A stretch of DNA of 64,000 nt from an uncultured delta proteobacterium (lineage in GTDB: Bacteria; Desulfobacterota; Desulfobacteria; Desulfobacterales; UBA11574), in assembly GCA_963790095.1 (NCBI GenBank), contig CAWBNO010000012.1:146997-210996 (forward strand). The letters run 5' to 3'. Every line of letters begins with the position of its first letter. Within the stretch, counting starts at the first letter, position 1. The notes under the pieces were generated by a model, which did not search any database, was not told the origin of the DNA, and saw only the letters and a program-made list of their open reading frames with translations. Below, piece after piece: positions 60,281-64,000 of the stretch. The position numbers and the translations under genes were made by a program.

Positions 60281-60613
60281 ATTTTATCTAATCATTCCAG
60301 CAACCACCACCATGATATAATAGATAATTGTTTGAATTATTTCACAGTACTATGTAAATAATGTAATAGGTTTTATGTAATTTGCCTCTCAATTACATAG
60401 TTTTTTGATGGATTACCATACCTGATTTTTACCCAAAAATTACATAACCAACTGATATTCAATATTTTTCATTATAACCACTGGAATTGCATGTTTTTTG
60501 CATCAAAAGAATGGGTGGATAAGTTTATTCAAAGTATAAAAAGAACAAATCTCAACTTATTGTATAGAACAAAACTCGATTAACTCGACACAATAATAAT
60601 TCAACGATATACT

Positions 60614-61405
60614 ATGAAATCAGCCTTAATCCTGATTGTTGCTGTGGTTCTTTGGTGGCTCCCATTGGGATGGGCTCAGGCTGCTGATTTAAAATATGTT
60701 AGAGCCGGGGAACATGGATCTTTTACAAGAGTTGTTTTTGAATTTCAAGGCATGGTTCGATCAGCGGCGCCTACCATAATAGGCAGAGGAAATTTTAACG
60801 TAATTTTTTTCGATATGACCACAGCCTTACCCCGCCAGATATTGAACAAAACAACTAAAGGGATTCAATCCGTTGAACTTATTCAGGAAGAATCTCGTTT
60901 GACAGCCAACATCACGCTATCCTTTCCCTATTTTAAGCTAAAAACCTTTTCTCTTTCAAATCCCGACCGCTTTATCATTGACGCATACAGGATGTCTTCA
61001 CCACCAAAAACAAGTGCGTTGGAAGAATCATTGCAAGCAGAACCTTTAGATGATGCACCCGATATAGAGGAACCTCTGCAGGCTAAGTCCGATACAGAGG
61101 AACCTTTGCATGCTGAGCCCGATAAAGTTGTATTGAATGAGCTTGTGGGAACAGATCAGACGATTCAGACGAAAAAATCCTCAATAGACGGGAAGTACAA
61201 TGTTCAGATATACCTATTGACCCTATTAAATATTCTCACACTTATTATCGTTGCATTGCTAAGTTTAAATCTATTGAGGAAAAGACCCAGGATTAATTCA
61301 GAGCGTCTTAGTGAGGAGTTAGAGTCTCTGGCGACAACTGATGAACGTGTTGCCACCATAGATGCTTTGATTAAAAAAAAATTGGAAAAACTTAATCAAT
61401 CTTGA
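60614..61405 (+). CDS. AMIN-domain membrane protein
   Basis: Signal peptide, then LKYVRAGEHGSFTRVVFEFQG (AMIN-type start as in AmiC/PilQ N-termini). Acidic EEPLQA/EEPLHA repeats, one TM and a short cytoplasmic tail. Confidence 0.7.
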   Translation: MKSALILIVAVVLWWLPLGWAQAADLKYVRAGEHGSFTRVVFEFQGMVRSAAPTIIGRGNFNVIFFDMTTALPRQILNKTTKGIQSVELIQEESRLTANITLSFPYFKLKTFSLSNPDRFIIDAYRMSSPPKTSALEESLQAEPLDDAPDIEEPLQAKSDTEEPLHAEPDKVVLNELVGTDQTIQTKKSSIDGKYNVQIYLLTLLNILTLIIVALLSLNLLRKRPRINSERLSEELESLATTDERVATIDALIKKKLEKLNQS

Positions 61406-61419
61406 CCGCTGGGGATAAT

Positions 61420-61731
61420 ATGAGTGAAGACATCCACACAGAAATCGTTATCGGCCTTTCAGACGAAGAAAAAGATGACCTTGAGGAAATGATAAAGACA
61501 TTTAGAGAGGAACAATCTGAAGGACCGCCTATTTCAAGTATCGAAGATGTTCAGAAACAGATTGGATCCATTAGTGAAAACCTTGCCCAGCTTGGTGACA
61601 TGTTGCTGAAATTCGATGAGAAAATGAAATCATTTTATGAAATAATTCATCTCTATTTTAAAAAAGACGAGATACTTAACCGGCGCATAGACGACATCAT
61701 AAAAATCATGAAAAGTCAAAGAAACCCTTAA
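61420..61731 (+). CDS. hypothetical acidic coiled-coil protein
   Basis: GGGGA SD ahead of ATG 61420 (the ORF track starts at TTG 61402). No family recognised. Confidence 0.5.
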   Translation: MSEDIHTEIVIGLSDEEKDDLEEMIKTFREEQSEGPPISSIEDVQKQIGSISENLAQLGDMLLKFDEKMKSFYEIIHLYFKKDEILNRRIDDIIKIMKSQRNP

Positions 61732-61745
61732 TTGGGAGGTGAATA

Positions 61746-62915
61746 ATGAACGACCGGATCGACAAACAGAACAGCATCGTCAATCGCATTGTTGATGGCT
61801 CTGTCAAGATCGATTCAGTCGCAGAGTTTGAAAGCCTACTCAAAGCTTTTCCAAATAATCCGTGGCTCCATAGAGCTTTTGCCGACCTTTTGAAACGAGA
61901 AAAATCGTTTTATGTTGCCGCCGATACATACAGGACATCCGCTGAACTTTTTATTGAAGCAGATATGACGTTGCAGTCTATTGTTTCCAAAATCCATGAA
62001 TGGCGGATTTTTAAGCCTTCCTATCAGGAAAGGGAGACCTATTATTCAGCCCTTCAAAAATCCAAATCCAAAGAAACAGGGATTCAGCGCTTTTTCATAA
62101 AGATGACGCATCCTGAAATCATCGCATTTATGAGTGAGTTGGTGCCCCGGCATTTTCCTCCGGGCAGCATAATGAAAAAATTCGGTGATGAAGAAAAGAA
62201 CCTCTATTTTGTTGTGTCCGGTGCTTTGGAAGAAACTATCTACCATCGTACAGAAAAAGGCGGAAGGGTCCAAAAAAAAACAACGAAAAATTTGGTGGAA
62301 AACGACTTTTTTGGTGAAATATATCCATTTGAGGAGGAAAACGTTTCCAGATCAACGATCGAAACAATTACTCGCGTTGAATTTGCAGAAATATCTAAAT
62401 CAAGTTTGATGACGATTTGCAGAAAATATCCTAATGTTCAGCCTCTTGTCGAAAGACTGTACAAGAGCCGTTCGGAATCCGATGAAAAAGGATTATCAAG
62501 AACAGTTCGAAAAAGAGTCAGGTATCAACTTCCGACCCAGGTGAATCTTAAAATTTTTCCAGATGAACCAGACAAAGCTCCTTTAGATGTAGACGGATTT
62601 ACAGAAGATATATCATTAGATGGGGCCCGTGTTGTTTTGAGTAAGGATTTCGAGTTCGGTCATTTGGACACCTTGGCTGGTAAAAATGTTAAAATTCGGA
62701 TATTTTTACCGGCTGCATTTGTGAGTCTTTCTATTTTGGGCACGACTGCCTGGAGCAAATCGATTTCTCTCCCAGGAAAAACAACTGCAGTGGTGGGCAT
62801 CCAATTCAAAGATATGAACAATACGGATCGCAGGTTGTTGCAGAGCTACCATTATGGAACCGAAGGTGAGCAAAATCTGATCTGGAGCTTATGGGATTCG
62901 CTCATGGAGAAATAG
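61746..62915 (+). CDS. cyclic-nucleotide-binding-domain plus PilZ-domain protein (predicted c-di-GMP receptor)
   Basis: GGGAGGTG SD. cNMP-like beta-roll (LYFVVSGALEE...FFGEI). PilZ motifs RKRVR (RxxxR) and DISLDG (DxSxxG). Confidence 0.7.
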   Translation: MNDRIDKQNSIVNRIVDGSVKIDSVAEFESLLKAFPNNPWLHRAFADLLKREKSFYVAADTYRTSAELFIEADMTLQSIVSKIHEWRIFKPSYQERETYYSALQKSKSKETGIQRFFIKMTHPEIIAFMSELVPRHFPPGSIMKKFGDEEKNLYFVVSGALEETIYHRTEKGGRVQKKTTKNLVENDFFGEIYPFEEENVSRSTIETITRVEFAEISKSSLMTICRKYPNVQPLVERLYKSRSESDEKGLSRTVRKRVRYQLPTQVNLKIFPDEPDKAPLDVDGFTEDISLDGARVVLSKDFEFGHLDTLAGKNVKIRIFLPAAFVSLSILGTTAWSKSISLPGKTTAVVGIQFKDMNNTDRRLLQSYHYGTEGEQNLIWSLWDSLMEK

Positions 62916-62945
62916 ATCTTATTTTTTATATTGACAAGGGGTCAA

Positions 62946-63875
62946 ATGAGAGAATGGCAGGACACTGAAATGGAATCAACCCCAACAATATGGGCTGTAG
63001 GCGGAGGAAAAGGTGGGGTTGGAAAGAGTGTCGTAAGTACGATCCTGGCCTTTTGGCTGGCCCGGAAGGGAAAACGGACTGTACTTATAGACGCCGATTT
63101 AGGAGGTGCCAACCTCCATACTCTTTTGGGGATCAAAAGTCCGCCTCGAACTCTAATTGATTTTATTAACAGAAAATTTGGGTCATTAGAAGAAATTTGT
63201 ATCGATACCGAGGCGAAAAACCTTCGCTTAATAAGTGGCTCCAGTGAAGTTCTTTCATTGGCGAATCCCCATTTTAGCCAAAAGGTAAAGCTCATCAATC
63301 ACTTTACCAGATTGGATGCTGACTATGTGGTGATTGATCTTGGGGCTGGGACTTCTTTTAATGTTCTGGATTTCTTTCTTTCTGCCCATGAAAAAATTAT
63401 GGTCCTTACTCCGGAGCCCACATCCATTCAGAATGCCTATATCTTTGTTCGTAATGCAGTTTACCGAAGGCTGAGCCGGCTTTCCAGTAAAAATCCATCC
63501 CTTCAAACCCTTGTAAAAATTGCCATGGATCCCAAAAATGAACTCCAAGTCCGAACAGTCAAAGAACTTTTACAGTTCATTCAGGAGTCAGGCGGAAAAG
63601 ATGTAGCAGAGCCTATTGAAAAAGAGATCGGAGCAATACGGCCGGCAGTGATTACCAATATGGTCAGGGATAACAAAGAAAAAAATGCAGGTCGTATTGT
63701 TCAGATTGTTGCTGAAAAGTATTTAATGATTCAATCCACAAATCTGGGCACCGTGTCTCATGATGGGCAGATTTTTTCAATGGTTTCCGATATGGTCTCT
63801 TTGTTAAAGCTGGACCAGTCAAGCCATGCTTTCACCAACATTAATGCAATTGTAACAAAGCTGTTGGGAGATTGA
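62946..63875 (+). CDS. MinD/ParA(FlhG)-type P-loop ATPase
   Basis: Deviant Walker A AVGGGKGGVGKS and Walker B YVVIDLGAG. AAGGGG SD ahead of ATG 62946 (the track starts at TTG 62931). Confidence 0.8.
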   Translation: MREWQDTEMESTPTIWAVGGGKGGVGKSVVSTILAFWLARKGKRTVLIDADLGGANLHTLLGIKSPPRTLIDFINRKFGSLEEICIDTEAKNLRLISGSSEVLSLANPHFSQKVKLINHFTRLDADYVVIDLGAGTSFNVLDFFLSAHEKIMVLTPEPTSIQNAYIFVRNAVYRRLSRLSSKNPSLQTLVKIAMDPKNELQVRTVKELLQFIQESGGKDVAEPIEKEIGAIRPAVITNMVRDNKEKNAGRIVQIVAEKYLMIQSTNLGTVSHDGQIFSMVSDMVSLLKLDQSSHAFTNINAIVTKLLGD

Positions 63876-64000
63876 GGGCACACACTTCTCATTCCATACT
63901 TTTTTGGGGTGATCTCGAATATAATTAATATGCATTCATGGAGCATCCTCGAGTTAAAGGACAGTAAACCGATTCCTTGATATCGCATTGAATATAACAT

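Noticed and set aside
63758-64000. 80-aa minus-strand ORF overlapping the 3' end of the MinD/ParA-type gene, and an alternative minus-frame fragment 63925..63999 (…CYIQCDIKESVYCPLTRGCSMNAY-stop) that could be the tail of a gene lying beyond the window
   Set aside because: The 80-aa ORF overlaps a well-supported gene and has no motif. The Cys-rich 24-aa tail is too short to call without the sequence to the right.

Overview
This 64-kb window reads as chromosomal DNA from a Gram-negative bacterium that appears to use selenocysteine. Gene content (DapL-type lysine pathway, LptE/LptM/RND/OMF envelope genes, a UGA-containing DsbA-like gene) suggests a Desulfobacterota/deltaproteobacterial type. That is inference only, since no search could be run. 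About two thirds is ordinary, intact housekeeping sequence: ilvD (partial, missing from the ORF track), topA-dprA, secDF-yajC, rng, leuS-lptE, rpsT, murJ-ftsB-coaBC-udg, nfeD-SPFH, xerC-hslVU, argD-argH-lptM-like-lysA-dapF-folK, tal-pgsA, tRNA-Gly/tRNA-Cys and dapL. Three stretches are not ordinary. (1) The left 0.8-11.7 kb is accessory-like. It holds a textbook-looking branched-chain leader-peptide attenuator in front of ilvD, a direct-repeat-delimited array of single-gene units with a nested MITE, a 67-bp inverted-repeat pair bracketing 3.6 kb, and several gene remnants. (2) At 48-57 kb an RND efflux operon has a permease broken by three frameshifts. It is followed by a frameshifted MBL-fold hydrolase and a DsbA/FrnE-like gene with an in-frame TGA in place of the first Cys of CxxC (U-P-W-C) and a hairpin directly downstream; that gene is also frameshifted. 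Heptamer and nonamer tandem tracts fill the spacers here. (3) At 57-64 kb, a visibly AT-richer region carries a membrane-anchored LuxR-type HTH, an erythrin-like diiron protein and a 1-kb operator-dense spacer. A four-gene cluster follows (AMIN-domain membrane protein, small coiled-coil protein, cNMP-binding+PilZ protein, MinD/ParA-type ATPase); its function I cannot assign. No rRNA, CRISPR array, transposase, integrase or phage genes were seen. Start codons were chosen by eye from SD motifs and are approximate. All homology statements rest on motifs I recognise in the translations, not on database searches.
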